Source: Gammaproteobacteria bacterium | GTDB taxonomy: Bacteria; Pseudomonadota; Gammaproteobacteria; UBA6186; Azoamicaceae | Direction of reading: 5' to 3' | NCBI GenBank assembly: GCA_050012295.1 | Contig: JBEKHL010000002.1 | Span: 11,725 to 75,724 of the forward strand | DNA length: 64,000 bases | Shown: positions 39,923 through 49,822 of the stretch, piece after piece | Numbering within the stretch: the stretch's first letter is position 1 | How the letters are laid out: every line of letters starts with the position of its first letter | Program-made: the position numbers and the translations under genes | The notes under the pieces: model-generated | Told to the model about the DNA's origin: nothing | Seen by the model: the letters and a program-made list of their open reading frames with translations, nothing else | The model's database searches: none

Positions 39923-41926
39923 TTATTTTCCGCTGAGTAGTCGTTCTTCTAAAATCACTTTTTCTTCTGGGGTGGCAAAAACTACTAGTACATCGTGTTC
40001 TGATAAAACAGTAGTTGGTATAAGATTTTCGTATCGTTTGCCGTCTCTAATTAAATATTTAAAACTATATTCGGTTGTATTGTCAGAATTGTTATTTTCT
40101 GGGAATATATTTTCCATGGTTTTGTTAATTGCGGCAGCTCCTTCAGGAACAATAATAGTTTGTAAACTACGTCTAGCGTGATCTTCTGCCTCTAATACGT
40201 TTATTTCTTCGTTTCCTTTGTATAAATGACGAAGCATTTCATATCTAGACGAATGTGTTTTGATAACTTTATTGATAATTTTAGTGGTTGGTACTCCTAA
40301 AGCGAACAGTAAATGTGAAGCCAGCATGATACTGCCTTCTAAAATTTCTGGCACTATTTCAGTAGCTCCTGCTTCTTCAAACGCTTTTATAGTCGTGTCA
40401 TCTTTAGTTCTAACAAAAATTTGAAAATTAAGATGTAAACCGCGTAGATATTTAACAATATTTAAATTAACTACTTCGTCAGCAAAACTTAAGACGACCA
40501 TTTTAGCTCTAGCTATTCCGGCGGCTAATAATACTTCTGGATCGTTAGCGTTTCCATAAAAAACTTGTTCTCCAGCCATAGAGGATTTTTGTAGTAAAGT
40601 AGGATCTAAATCCAGAGCTAACCAATTAATTTTTTCTTGTTCTAAAAATCTTGCTAAAATTTGTCCTACTCGACCAAATCCGCAAATAATAACATGGTCA
40701 TGTAACTTATCGGTATGATCTATTAATGCAGCAATTGGATGATAAGGAGCGGTTTGGGAGGTGCTTTTTAGTTTTATAAATAATTTAGTGATTAAATGGT
40801 TGAATCTAATAAATAATGGTGCCAGCATTATGCTAATTACTACAGCAGCAAAAATAATTGGTTTTTGTTCAGGGCCTATTATTTTGTGGTTAATAGCTTC
40901 TGTTAATGCTACAAACCCAAATTCACCGCCTTGAGCTAAAATAATTCCGGTTTTTACAGCGGACTCTAAATTAAGGTTGCTAAGTAATTTTACTATTAAA
41001 ATTACTATAATAGTTTTAGCTGCAATTAATATACATAAAATAAATAATACTGGTGCCCAAATATCAGGCAAACTTTGTAAATCTAGATATGATCCCACGA
41101 TTATAAAAAACAATCCTAACAGCACCTCTTTAAATGGTCGAATATCAATTTCTATTTGTTGTCTAAATTCAGTTTCACCTAACATTAATCCTGCTAAAAA
41201 TGCACCAAGAGGCATAGATAATTCAAAATAATAAGTAGTAGCTGCAGCGCTTAGGGTTACCAATAGAGTTGCTATCATGAATAATTCAGTAGAGTGTGCT
41301 TTTACTACTTCATGGAATAGAGGTCTAATAAGTCTAGAGCCAATTATGACCATTGCTAGAAATATTCCAGCACCTTTTAAAAGGGTTATTAAAAAAATAT
41401 GAAATAAAAATTCTTGTTTATGATTAAGAGCTGGAATAATTATTAATAATAAAATTGCAGCAATATCTTGAAATAATAAAATTTTTATAGATAGTTTTCC
41501 GTAACTGGTCTGGTGTTCTTTTTGTTCTTGTAGCTGTTTTAATACAACAGCAGTAGATGATAGTGATAGGCTAGCACCGATAATGCAAGCCTGCCTTAAA
41601 GAAACGCCGAACAAGTAAACTAGCCAAGACAGAGCTGCGCTACATAGTAATACTTGTAGTCCGCCAATACCAATTAGAGCTTTTTTACTGGTCATTAATT
41701 GAGACACAGAGAATTCTAGTCCTAAGGTAAACATTAAAAAAACAATACCAAATTCCGCTAAAACATGCATGCTGTCTATGCTGGGGATCCATCCTAAACC
41801 ACCCGGCCCCACCAAAATACCTACAGATAAATAGCCTATAATTGGTGGTAAGCTTAACCTTCTGCAGATAACTAGAAATACCACAGAGCAAAGTAGTAAG
41901 ATTAATATATAATAAAAACTTTCCAT
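39923..41926 (-). CDS. CPA2-family monovalent cation:proton antiporter with TrkA-N/TrkA-C domains (KefB/YbaL-like)
   Basis: 667 aa. Na_H exchanger TM domain, Rossmann motif VIICGFGRVGQILA, C-terminal RCK_C. Confidence 0.85.
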   Translation of the reverse strand: MESFYYILILLLCSVVFLVICRRLSLPPIIGYLSVGILVGPGGLGWIPSIDSMHVLAEFGIVFLMFTLGLEFSVSQLMTSKKALIGIGGLQVLLCSAALSWLVYLFGVSLRQACIIGASLSLSSTAVVLKQLQEQKEHQTSYGKLSIKILLFQDIAAILLLIIIPALNHKQEFLFHIFLITLLKGAGIFLAMVIIGSRLIRPLFHEVVKAHSTELFMIATLLVTLSAAATTYYFELSMPLGAFLAGLMLGETEFRQQIEIDIRPFKEVLLGLFFIIVGSYLDLQSLPDIWAPVLFILCILIAAKTIIVILIVKLLSNLNLESAVKTGIILAQGGEFGFVALTEAINHKIIGPEQKPIIFAAVVISIMLAPLFIRFNHLITKLFIKLKSTSQTAPYHPIAALIDHTDKLHDHVIICGFGRVGQILARFLEQEKINWLALDLDPTLLQKSSMAGEQVFYGNANDPEVLLAAGIARAKMVVLSFADEVVNLNIVKYLRGLHLNFQIFVRTKDDTTIKAFEEAGATEIVPEILEGSIMLASHLLFALGVPTTKIINKVIKTHSSRYEMLRHLYKGNEEINVLEAEDHARRSLQTIIVPEGAAAINKTMENIFPENNNSDNTTEYSFKYLIRDGKRYENLIPTTVLSEHDVLVVFATPEEKVILEERLLSGK

Positions 41927-41980
41927 ATAAATTAAATTTTAGCATTATATGGTAAAATATTTTAATTTTTTATAAATTAA

Positions 41981-41996
41981 TATACTGAACTATGTA
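41981..41996 (-). promoter_or_regulatory. Conserved motif copy F (minus orientation: TACATAG-TTCAGTATA), 55 nt upstream of the CPA2 antiporter start
   Basis: Plus-strand TATACTGAA at 41981-41989, which is the reverse complement of the core. Confidence 0.4.
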
Positions 41997-42561
41997 TAAT
42001 TTTATATTTACAATAATTAAGTTTTTTCAATATCGTTCTTTACTTAAAAGTCAAGAATTCGTTGTGGATAAAATTGTTTCGTTAGATTTAAACAAGTTAA
42101 AACAAGAAAATATTGCAGCTTTAATATTGGATTTTGATGGGGTGTTAAGTTCGGAGGGAGAGATCTCTCCTGTACCAGAAGTAATAGAATGGCTAGATAA
42201 AGCCATACCACTTTTTAGTAAAAAAATTTTTATATTATCTAATAATCCATTATTAGAAAGGAAGCAATTTTTTGATAAATATTTTAATAATCAAATTGAA
42301 TTTATAGTTGCCAGGCCAAAACCTGATCCAGAAGGTATTATGACAATATTTAATAATTTACAGTTGTTAGAACATATAAAAAAATCTCAAATTTTACTTG
42401 TAGATGATAGATTAGCCACGGGTATTTTAGCAGCTAAAATTTTTGGTATAGCTAGTTGTTTAGTAAAACGACCTTATGTTAACCTAAAAAGAAGGTTATT
42501 TGAAGAATTGTTTTTTATGTTTATTAGAAAAATAGAAAGGTTATTGGTATGGCATTTGTAG
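41992..42561 (+). CDS. HAD-superfamily phosphatase (subfamily IIIA, YqeG-like)
   Basis: 189 aa. Motif [10 protein letters not shown], motif II ILSNNP, motif IV-like [10 protein letters not shown]. Confidence 0.6.
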   Translation: MYNFIFTIIKFFQYRSLLKSQEFVVDKIVSLDLNKLKQENIAALILDFDGVLSSEGEISPVPEVIEWLDKAIPLFSKKIFILSNNPLLERKQFFDKYFNNQIEFIVARPKPDPEGIMTIFNNLQLLEHIKKSQILLVDDRLATGILAAKIFGIASCLVKRPYVNLKRRLFEELFFMFIRKIERLLVWHL

Positions 42562-42872
42562 TTACAGAAAATTGTATTAATTGTAAATATACTACTTGCG
42601 TAGAAGTATGTCCTGTAGATTGTTTTCACGAAGGACCTAATTTTTTAGCTATAGATCCTGATGAGTGTATAGATTGTGGTTTATGTGAATCAGAGTGTGC
42701 GGCTAATGCTATTTTTGCTTTGGATGATGTGCCAGAGGAGCAAAAGAAATTTATTGAATTAAATGCTAAGTTAGCTAAAAAATGGCCAGTAATTACTGCT
42801 AGCAAAGAAAGTTTTCCTGATGCCGACAATTGGAACGGTAAGCCAAATAAATCAAAATATTTGGAAAAATAG
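42549..42872 (+). CDS. fdxA: 7Fe ferredoxin (Azotobacter-type FdxA)
   Basis: 107 aa. Cluster motifs [14 protein letters not shown] and [11 protein letters not shown]. Confidence 0.9.
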   Translation: MAFVVTENCINCKYTTCVEVCPVDCFHEGPNFLAIDPDECIDCGLCESECAANAIFALDDVPEEQKKFIELNAKLAKKWPVITASKESFPDADNWNGKPNKSKYLEK

Positions 42873-42880
42873 TTTAAGGT

Positions 42881-43396
42881 TTATTGCGATTTAATACAAG
42901 TTGAAGGATAAAGATTATTTTGATTGGAAAAATAAATAGTTTGGCAGCTGGTCGGGGTGTCTTTGTCTTGTCCGGAGCCAGGAATTGCAGAGGCTTGCAA
43001 AATTAATAATTCGGTGGTTGTTAAATATAATTTATCGTTGTTTGATGCAATATTGGAACTAGGGTAGCCGGCAGGGCAATAATTAATACAATAAAATCTG
43101 TTGGTGGAGGTGCAAGGAAAAGTAATACTGCTAGTAGTACTAGTAGTATTAAGACTGCAAGGGCTTGCTGAAGAGCAGCTTGGAGTGGTTGGGCATGGAC
43201 TTGGATTATTAATACTATTAGCGCTGTTAATAAATAAATAGGCTTTTTGTAAAGATAAAATCGCATCTTGTCGTTTTTGAACACGAATGCTATCCATATA
43301 ACCAGAAAACCCAAGCCCAGCTAATAAAGAAGCGATGGTCATTACTATTATTAGCTCTATCAAAGAAAATCCTGATTTTTTTAGTATAATTTGCAT
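42881..43396 (-). CDS. Type IV pilus minor pilin / pseudopilin, Ser/Thr/Cys-rich
   Basis: Prepilin leader MQIILKKSG|FSLIELIIVMTIASLL. Body rich in S/T/P/C (..PSPCPTTPSCSSASPCSLNTTSTTSSITFPCTSTN..). Confidence 0.8.
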   Translation of the reverse strand: MQIILKKSGFSLIELIIVMTIASLLAGLGFSGYMDSIRVQKRQDAILSLQKAYLFINSANSINNPSPCPTTPSCSSASPCSLNTTSTTSSITFPCTSTNRFYCINYCPAGYPSSNIASNNDKLYLTTTELLILQASAIPGSGQDKDTPTSCQTIYFSNQNNLYPSTCIKSQ

Positions 43397-43405
43397 AATA
43401 AAAAC

Positions 43406-43921
43406 CTAATTGTTAAGACAACCAGCACTAAGTGTATTGGTAGACACATCTAACACTCCGTTTGGCCAAATAATAATGGAATTATAACAAGCTGTATTAC
43501 TAGTAGAGGTTATAATAAGTGTAGCTTGAGTAGCAACTAATCCTTGGGTATACGTAATGGTGCCAGTTGGTCCAGTGATGTTTACTTGTGGTAAAAAAAT
43601 ATTACCATTTACGTTACTCCAGGTGGAGGGGGTAGAGGAGTAAGTAGAGCTGGTAGCTGTGTAAGTAGAATTAGCTGGGCAACTGGTACCGCTGCCGGTA
43701 TTTGGTGGTAAACTACAAATATATTGAGTGGTATTAGTTGTCACTGAATTAGAATTAGCTTGGTTTAATAAATTTTCAATAACCATTGTAGCAGTATCAA
43801 CTAGTTCTTGTGGTCGTCTGATGCGTTTTAAGCTGGAAATAGAAAGTGCGGCCATAATAGCTATAAGAGCAACAGTTACTAATAATTCTATTATAGTTAG
43901 CCCAAATAAATATTTAGTCAT
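43406..43921 (-). CDS. Type IV pilus minor pilin (FimT/GspH-like), Ser/Thr-rich
   Basis: Start moved to ATG 43921. Leader MTKYLFG|LTIIELLVTVALIAIMAAL. Body contains ..ANSTYTATSSTYSSTPSTWS... Confidence 0.75.
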   Translation of the reverse strand: MTKYLFGLTIIELLVTVALIAIMAALSISSLKRIRRPQELVDTATMVIENLLNQANSNSVTTNTTQYICSLPPNTGSGTSCPANSTYTATSSTYSSTPSTWSNVNGNIFLPQVNITGPTGTITYTQGLVATQATLIITSTSNTACYNSIIIWPNGVLDVSTNTLSAGCLNN

Positions 43922-43925
43922 GTTT

Positions 43926-44411
43926 TTACCGCCAACAGTCCGGATAGTCTGGTGTTGAGCCGGTTGAATGATAAGCATCATCAGTTATTCCCATGCTAGA
44001 GTTTAATATTATAGTAGCACAAGAGTAATCTTTGGCTTGTGGACCGGCAGAGTTAACTGTTGCGGTTAGCGTAATAGTACCATCACTATTAGCGGAAACT
44101 TTTAGGTAATAGTATTGGTTAGGCGTGGCAATTGGCCAAGTAGTGGTGTTGTTAACTGAATTTAAAGCTGAGCATGTAGTTGTATTATTTAACCAATTGA
44201 CTACATCTATTACAGAACATCCATATTGTATAGCTTGTTGCTGAATAAGTGCTTTTAGTTTAGTTAATTCGCCTTGGGCTTCTTTACGGCGGTATCCCAT
44301 TTTTGTACTAACTAACGAGCTATAGCTAACTAAAGCTAATATAGACACTATAGATAAAGCAACAATTAACTCTAACAATGACAATGCTATTAATTGTTTT
44401 AATTTTTTCAT
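43926..44411 (-). CDS. Type IV pilin-like protein (PilE-like)
   Basis: Leader MKKLKQLIA|LSLLELIVALSIVSILAL, with Ala at -1 and Glu at +5. PilE-like ..YYYLKVSANSDGTITLTATVNSAGPQAKDYSCATIILNS... Confidence 0.75.
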   Translation of the reverse strand: MKKLKQLIALSLLELIVALSIVSILALVSYSSLVSTKMGYRRKEAQGELTKLKALIQQQAIQYGCSVIDVVNWLNNTTTCSALNSVNNTTTWPIATPNQYYYLKVSANSDGTITLTATVNSAGPQAKDYSCATIILNSSMGITDDAYHSTGSTPDYPDCWR

Positions 44412-44430
44412 AATAAATATATAGCTGTTT

Positions 44431-45285
44431 TTAAATAAATATATGTGTTAAACCAATACTAATCCCATATATAGAGTGCTGCCCTTCTAAATGTAAATTT
44501 TGTAATTCATCTCGCCATTCAACATTACTGGTAGCTATAGTTTTTATATTGCCAAAACCAGCAAAGTTAGTATATCTAAAAGCGCCATTAATAAATAATT
44601 GAGATGCTAAATTAATTTTGCAACCCAAAACTAAATTATAAGCGCCAGCAACGCGACGTCTAGTAAAACTTATTCCAGTGCTTACTGGGTTACCAGAGAA
44701 ATTAGAGTTGGTTCTATTAATGCCAGCTCCCGCCCCTAAACCAACAAAAGCCCGAAACGCCATTAAACTTATAAAATCATAATAAGCATTAACAAACACC
44801 CCTTGAGCCTTTACTATACTAGTTAATGTTCCTGGCTGATTACTGAATAATGGATTTTTATCAAACCTAGTGTCTTCGGTAGCTAACGCTTCTAGTTCCA
44901 AAGATAACTTGTCCCAGCGGTAACCAAAAGCTAGTTCTACTCCATATTTAGATGAGGTTATCTGGTTGCCGTTAACTACTTTAGCAGTTAACGTTGCTGT
45001 TTGCACAGAAGTGTTAACTACTTTAGAAACAGAGCTAGTGCAATTATTGGCACCGAAGCGTATGAAAAATCTACTAGTGATCCTAGGAGGTATAGATTTT
45101 TCTATGGCCTGTAATTCGGCATCTGTTATATCTGGGCTTCGCCCATACATGGCATCAATAAATTTAGTGCTCTGACCATTACCATATTTAGGATCTAATT
45201 TTTGCTCGATTGAAATTGCAGTTTGGCAGTAAACTATCAGAATTAATACAATTGAATTATTAAAACTTTTTATTAACTTTGGCAT
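44431..45285 (-). CDS. Outer-membrane beta-barrel protein (OmpA-like/porin-family barrel)
   Basis: Start set at ATG 45285, giving signal peptide MPKLIKSFNNSIVLILIVYCQTAIS. Alternating amphipathic strands, aromatic-rich C-terminal strand ..YGISIGLTHIFI. The start overlaps the ihfB 3' end by 26 nt. Confidence 0.55.
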   Translation of the reverse strand: MPKLIKSFNNSIVLILIVYCQTAISIEQKLDPKYGNGQSTKFIDAMYGRSPDITDAELQAIEKSIPPRITSRFFIRFGANNCTSSVSKVVNTSVQTATLTAKVVNGNQITSSKYGVELAFGYRWDKLSLELEALATEDTRFDKNPLFSNQPGTLTSIVKAQGVFVNAYYDFISLMAFRAFVGLGAGAGINRTNSNFSGNPVSTGISFTRRRVAGAYNLVLGCKINLASQLFINGAFRYTNFAGFGNIKTIATSNVEWRDELQNLHLEGQHSIYGISIGLTHIFI

Positions 45286-45562
45286 GCAGTTCTTTCCCTG
45301 GTTTAAAATGCACGACATACTTGGATCGCATGGTAATAGTATTGCCAGTTTTAGGGTTCCTTGCTAATCTGGCTGGGCGAAATTGTAAAGAAAAACTACC
45401 AAATTTACGTAATTCTATTTTTTTTGCTTCCATTAAAGCATTAGTCATGGTTTCAAAAATATGGGTTATTGCCATGACAACAATATAGTGAGGTAGATTT
45501 GTGTATTTATCGCTAATCGCTTTTATAAGTTCTGAACGATTTACTATTTTAAAATCTTGCAT
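45260..45562 (-). CDS. ihfB: Integration host factor subunit beta
   Basis: 100 aa. ..KIELRKFGSFSLQFRPARLARNPKTGNTITMRSKYVVHFKPGKELH.. matches the IHF-beta signature. Confidence 0.9.
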   Translation of the reverse strand: MQDFKIVNRSELIKAISDKYTNLPHYIVVMAITHIFETMTNALMEAKKIELRKFGSFSLQFRPARLARNPKTGNTITMRSKYVVHFKPGKELHAKVNKKF

Positions 45563-45624
45563 GTTATTAATTATAAATTAAATATAGATAAATAAAACAA
45601 TATTGCTATAATTAATATTTATGT

Positions 45625-45646
45625 AGTCATATACGTTCAGTATATA
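45625..45646 (+). promoter_or_regulatory. Conserved motif copy C (AGTCATATACG-TTCAGTATA-TA), 34 nt upstream of rpoS
   Basis: Core at 45636-45644. Matches copy A at 19 of 22 positions. Confidence 0.45.
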
Positions 45647-45677
45647 ACCCTATATTCATGGAAGAACAAGGGACATC

Positions 45678-46742
45678 ATGTCAAATATTCAAGGAATAGA
45701 TGAAGAATCTGTAGAGCTAGATTTAATTGCAGAAGAGTTATTACCATTAGATGATCAATTAGAAGAGACAGAATTAAATTTTGTTGATGAAAATATTGAA
45801 GATATCGATAGCATAGAGGAAATTGCTACTTCTGCTGTTGTGTCTGAAGTCCAAATTAATGAATACGAAGATGAGGATTTAGGTTCAGCTCCTGTAAAGA
45901 AAAAGAAAAGAGATACTGATCCTGCTCAAATATACTTGGAAGACATTGGCAAATCTCCGTTACTTACTGCTCAGGAAGAAGTTCATTACTCTAGATTAGC
46001 TAAAAAAGGAGATCATAATGCTAGAAATTACATAGTAAAATGTAATTTAAGGTTAGTAGTTAAAATTGCTAGGCGTTACTTAAATAGAGGGTTAGCATTA
46101 TTAGATTTGATTGAAGAAGGAAATTTAGGATTAATTCGTGCTGTTGAAAAATTTGATCCAGAACGAGGATTTAGATTTTCTACATACGCTACTTGGTGGA
46201 TTAAACAAAACATAGAACGTGCATTAATGAATCAAACACGAACTATTAGGTTACCAATTCATATTATTAAAGAATTAAATACTTATTTAAGAAAAGCTCG
46301 TGAAATTACTAACAAATTAGATCATGAACCATCATTTGAGGATATTGCTAAAGCACTAGATAAATGTCCTCATGAAGTAAATAAATTATTGAGACTTAAC
46401 GAGAGAACTTTATCGGTAGATACTCCAGTAAATGATGATAATGAAAAATCTTTATTAGAAGCTATTGCTGATCATAAGAACCATAGCCCTATAAAAATAT
46501 TAGAGAATAATAATATTAAAGAGCAATTAAGTGAATGTTTAAATATGTTAAACGAAAAACAACGTTCTATTTTAGTTAGAAGGTTTGGTTTGCTTGGTCA
46601 TGAAGCTGCTACTTTGGAAGAGGTTGGCAGTGAAGTAGGTTTGACTAGGGAGCGTGTTCGACAGATTCAAGTAGAAGCTTTAAAAATTTTACGTAATATA
46701 TTAGAAGATAAGGGTATTGCTTTAGAGACAATATTTTATTAA
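45678..46742 (+). CDS. rpoS: RNA polymerase sigma factor RpoS
   Basis: 354 aa. Region 2 [31 protein letters not shown], the RpoS-typical [15 protein letters not shown], region 4 [14 protein letters not shown], and an acidic N-terminal extension. Confidence 0.9.
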   Translation: MSNIQGIDEESVELDLIAEELLPLDDQLEETELNFVDENIEDIDSIEEIATSAVVSEVQINEYEDEDLGSAPVKKKKRDTDPAQIYLEDIGKSPLLTAQEEVHYSRLAKKGDHNARNYIVKCNLRLVVKIARRYLNRGLALLDLIEEGNLGLIRAVEKFDPERGFRFSTYATWWIKQNIERALMNQTRTIRLPIHIIKELNTYLRKAREITNKLDHEPSFEDIAKALDKCPHEVNKLLRLNERTLSVDTPVNDDNEKSLLEAIADHKNHSPIKILENNNIKEQLSECLNMLNEKQRSILVRRFGLLGHEAATLEEVGSEVGLTRERVRQIQVEALKILRNILEDKGIALETIFY

Positions 46743-46777
46743 TTTAGAAAATTGTAAAATTAATGGGGAATTATGTT

Positions 46778-47017
46778 ATGTCTAGTCAATTATTACAGCA
46801 ATTGGAAGCTAAGGTTGAACAAACTGTAGAAACTATAGAATTGTTACGTTTGCAAGTAGAAGAGTTAGAGCAAAAAAACACTAGATTACAGGATGATAAT
46901 AATGTTTTAAAAGATAAACATGAAGTTTGGGAGAAAACTTTATACACTATGTTAAATAAATTAAGTGGCGTAGATAATACTATACAAGATAGCGAAAAAT
47001 CTATAATTGGGTATTAA
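46778..47017 (+). CDS. zapB: ZapB-like coiled-coil cell-division protein
   Basis: About 79 aa from ATG 46778. LLQQLEAKVEQTVETIELLRLQVEELEQKNTRLQ resembles the ZapB N-terminus ([29 protein letters not shown]). Confidence 0.5.
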   Translation: MSSQLLQQLEAKVEQTVETIELLRLQVEELEQKNTRLQDDNNVLKDKHEVWEKTLYTMLNKLSGVDNTIQDSEKSIIGY

Positions 47018-47111
47018 TTGTATTAAACGGATAGAGGCCATAAGATATTTAGTATTATGGCTTAGATTTGTTCTTGAACGTCTATACAATAGACGCTATC
47101 CTTTATAGTCT

Positions 47112-48503
47112 ATGAGATTTGATTATCAGCCAGCGTTAGCTAATACAAGAATTTTAAAAACTTCGAGGCAAAGAAAACTATTTTTATTAGCCAGCTTTGG
47201 TATGGTTGGTTGTCTAATTATAATTTCGTCTTTAGTACATACGATTACTAATTATAATGGTCAAATAATTACTTTATACCCTAAAATAGGCAGTTCTAGT
47301 AACTTAAAAGCTTTGACTGAAGTTGTAATTGCGCCGGAAAGTATTGAGCCAGTTAATAAACCGTTTCCTAACAAGATTGAACCAATAGTTCCAGCACCAT
47401 CATGGCACACAATTAAAATTCAAGCTGGGGATACTTTAATAAGTTTATTACAAAAATTATCAATTTCATCTATACAGTTAAAAGATTTGAATAATTTTAT
47501 TAAAGCTAATTTAACTAAAGCCGTTGCTAATATTAAAACTGGGCAATCGGTAGGCGTTTTATTAGATGAACGTAATAATCTTAAAACTATTAAATTAGTT
47601 ATTGCTAAAAATAAGACCGTGTTTATAGATCAGGTAGGACCAAGAAATTATAAAATTCATCAAGAAGAAAAGCCTATTATTAAGAAATTAAATTTTGCTA
47701 CTAATAAAATTATAGGGTCGTTTTTTTCTGCGGCCCAAGAAGCTGGATTAGATGATACGTTGATAATGGAAATGGCAGATATTTTTGGGTGGGATATTGA
47801 TTTTGTTATGGATATTAGACCAAACGATAAATTTCGTCTTCTTTATGAAGATAAATATGTGGATAACGAAAAAATTGGTACAGGACACATATTAGTTGCC
47901 GAATTTATTAATCAAAAACAAATTTATCAAGCGGTACGATACACTGATGCTCAAGGAAGAACTGGTTACTATTCACCACAAGGGTATAGTATGAATAAAA
48001 CTTTTTTAAGAAATCCAGTAAAATTTACTAGAATTGGATCTAAATTTTCTACCAATAGACATCATCCTATTTTACATAGATTTCGTGCTCATAAAGGCGT
48101 TGATTATGTTGCTCCTTCTGGAACTCCAGTTAAAGCGGCTGGTGACGGCAAGGTAGTGTTAATTGGTAGAAAAGGTGGGTATGGTAATGTAGTTGAATTA
48201 ATGCATGGTAATAAATATTCTACGCTTTATGCTCATTTATCTAATTTTGCACAAAAACTTACTAGAGATAGTTTTGTTAAACAAGGACAAGTAATAGGCT
48301 ATGTGGGGCGTACTGGGTTAGCAACTGGAGATCATTTACATTATGAATTTAGAGTAGATGGGGTGCATCGTGATCCTTTAACAGTGCAGTTGCCAAAGTC
48401 TATGCCACTACCTAGTAAGTATCGTGCTAAATTTTTGTCTCATGCTCAACAAATGCTTAGTTTATTAGATGAAAATGATATGTCCATTTTTACTAAAAAG
48501 TAA
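47112..48503 (+). CDS. M23-family murein DD-endopeptidase (MepM/YebA-like)
   Basis: 463 aa. N-terminal TM anchor, OapA/LysM-like segment (HTIKIQAGDTLISLLQKL), M23 motifs HKGVDYVAPSGTPV and GDHLHYEF. The M23-anmK-tyrS neighbourhood is as in Pseudomonas (recalled). Confidence 0.85.
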   Translation: MRFDYQPALANTRILKTSRQRKLFLLASFGMVGCLIIISSLVHTITNYNGQIITLYPKIGSSSNLKALTEVVIAPESIEPVNKPFPNKIEPIVPAPSWHTIKIQAGDTLISLLQKLSISSIQLKDLNNFIKANLTKAVANIKTGQSVGVLLDERNNLKTIKLVIAKNKTVFIDQVGPRNYKIHQEEKPIIKKLNFATNKIIGSFFSAAQEAGLDDTLIMEMADIFGWDIDFVMDIRPNDKFRLLYEDKYVDNEKIGTGHILVAEFINQKQIYQAVRYTDAQGRTGYYSPQGYSMNKTFLRNPVKFTRIGSKFSTNRHHPILHRFRAHKGVDYVAPSGTPVKAAGDGKVVLIGRKGGYGNVVELMHGNKYSTLYAHLSNFAQKLTRDSFVKQGQVIGYVGRTGLATGDHLHYEFRVDGVHRDPLTVQLPKSMPLPSKYRAKFLSHAQQMLSLLDENDMSIFTKK

Positions 48504-49731
48504 TTGGCGTATACAACCGACCACCAGACAAAGGCTTTGGTACTTTAGTGGTAGCTGGTACGCTAATAGGTAGATCTAGTAAGCTACGGACTGCTAAATA
48601 AGCAAAGATCTGGGCTTCCATATATTTACTATTCCAATTAATTTCGTCGGCAAGTTTTATGTTAAGCGTGAATTTAATTTTATTTTGTAAACTGATAGTT
48701 AATTGGTCTTTAATTACCGGATTATTCCACCCGCCACCAGCCAATACCCAATTTATAGGCACTACTTCTTTAGGTAAATAATCAATACTTTTAGCGATAG
48801 ATTCTGCTGTAAAGGCAGCTAATGTAGCGCATGCGTCTGGTAACGGAATATCTTTTAATTCTTCGATGAGTTTTAGATCATCAATATCTAAAGATTTAGG
48901 AGGATTAATATCGAAATAATTTTTTTGTTGTTGCAAAACGCCTTTTTGGAACAACAATTTTAATATTTCTAAATTTATTTGACCTTTTTTACCGTATTTT
49001 CCATCTTGATCCATAAATTCAGTATTATTTGTTTTTTGTTTAACAAGACGATCTATTAAACCGTTACCTGGACCGGTATCGAAACCAATAATATCATTAT
49101 AAGTTGTTCCGGTAATAAAAGTTACGTTAGCAATACCGCCACAATTTACTATAGCTATAGGGTATTTGTTATCACGAATAGCTAAAGCAAGATGATAAAG
49201 TGGTGCAAATGGAGCTCCTTGTCCGCCAGATTTTACGTCGTTACTACGAAAATCGTTAATAACTTTAATATTGGTTTTTTTAGCAAGCAATTGTCCGTCA
49301 CCTATTTGAATAGTAATTCCTTCGGATGGACGATGAAATAAAGTTTGACCATGATAACCAATAATATCGATATCTTTTGGGTTGTAATTTAGTTTTTTTA
49401 ATAAACTATTTGTAATATCAGCGTGGAGGTTTGTGGATTGTTCTACGATTTGATCAAACGTAAATTCTTTAAATCTTGCAAAATCGGTACTTTTAAGTTC
49501 TTTGGTTAGATAAGATTCAATAGCTTGAGAATAATAACGTTTAGCTTCTTCTAAATTACCATTACAGGTTCTTACGGCTAATTCTGCTGATTTTAATAGC
49601 ATTTTAAAATCAGCATTATAATTAAGTGAAATGCCACCTAATTCTTTAATTTGTGATTTGCCGTCGGTTTCTATTAATGCTGCATCTATACCATCCATTG
49701 AGGTACCGCTCATTAAACCAATGCTTAGCAT
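48493..49731 (-). CDS. anmK: Anhydro-N-acetylmuramic acid kinase
   Basis: Start moved to ATG 49731 (MLSIGLMSGTSMDGIDAAL..). Family pattern throughout. Confidence 0.9.
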   Translation of the reverse strand: MLSIGLMSGTSMDGIDAALIETDGKSQIKELGGISLNYNADFKMLLKSAELAVRTCNGNLEEAKRYYSQAIESYLTKELKSTDFARFKEFTFDQIVEQSTNLHADITNSLLKKLNYNPKDIDIIGYHGQTLFHRPSEGITIQIGDGQLLAKKTNIKVINDFRSNDVKSGGQGAPFAPLYHLALAIRDNKYPIAIVNCGGIANVTFITGTTYNDIIGFDTGPGNGLIDRLVKQKTNNTEFMDQDGKYGKKGQINLEILKLLFQKGVLQQQKNYFDINPPKSLDIDDLKLIEELKDIPLPDACATLAAFTAESIAKSIDYLPKEVVPINWVLAGGGWNNPVIKDQLTISLQNKIKFTLNIKLADEINWNSKYMEAQIFAYLAVRSLLDLPISVPATTKVPKPLSGGRLYTPITF

Positions 49732-49741
49732 ATTAATTCTC

Positions 49742-49757
49742 CTGCATTCAGTATACA
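49742..49757 (+). promoter_or_regulatory. Conserved motif copy D (CTGCA-TTCAGTATA-CA), 68 nt upstream of tyrS
   Basis: Core at 49747-49755, in the anmK/tyrS divergent gap. Confidence 0.4.
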
Positions 49758-49822
49758 TAATATTTTGTGTAATATAAAATATTAATGCAAATAAATCATT
49801 CTTGATTTATTATTATGGGCTT

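Noticed and set aside
39972-41945. ORFs 39972-40181 (+), 40977-41231 (+) and 41685-41945 (-)
   Set aside because: They overlap the CPA2 antiporter in antisense or alternative frames.
43021-43958. ORFs 43021-43314 (-) and 43728-43958 (+)
   Set aside because: Alternative-frame and antisense ORFs within the pseudopilin genes. The low-complexity DNA keeps several frames open, but only the annotated frames give a prepilin leader.
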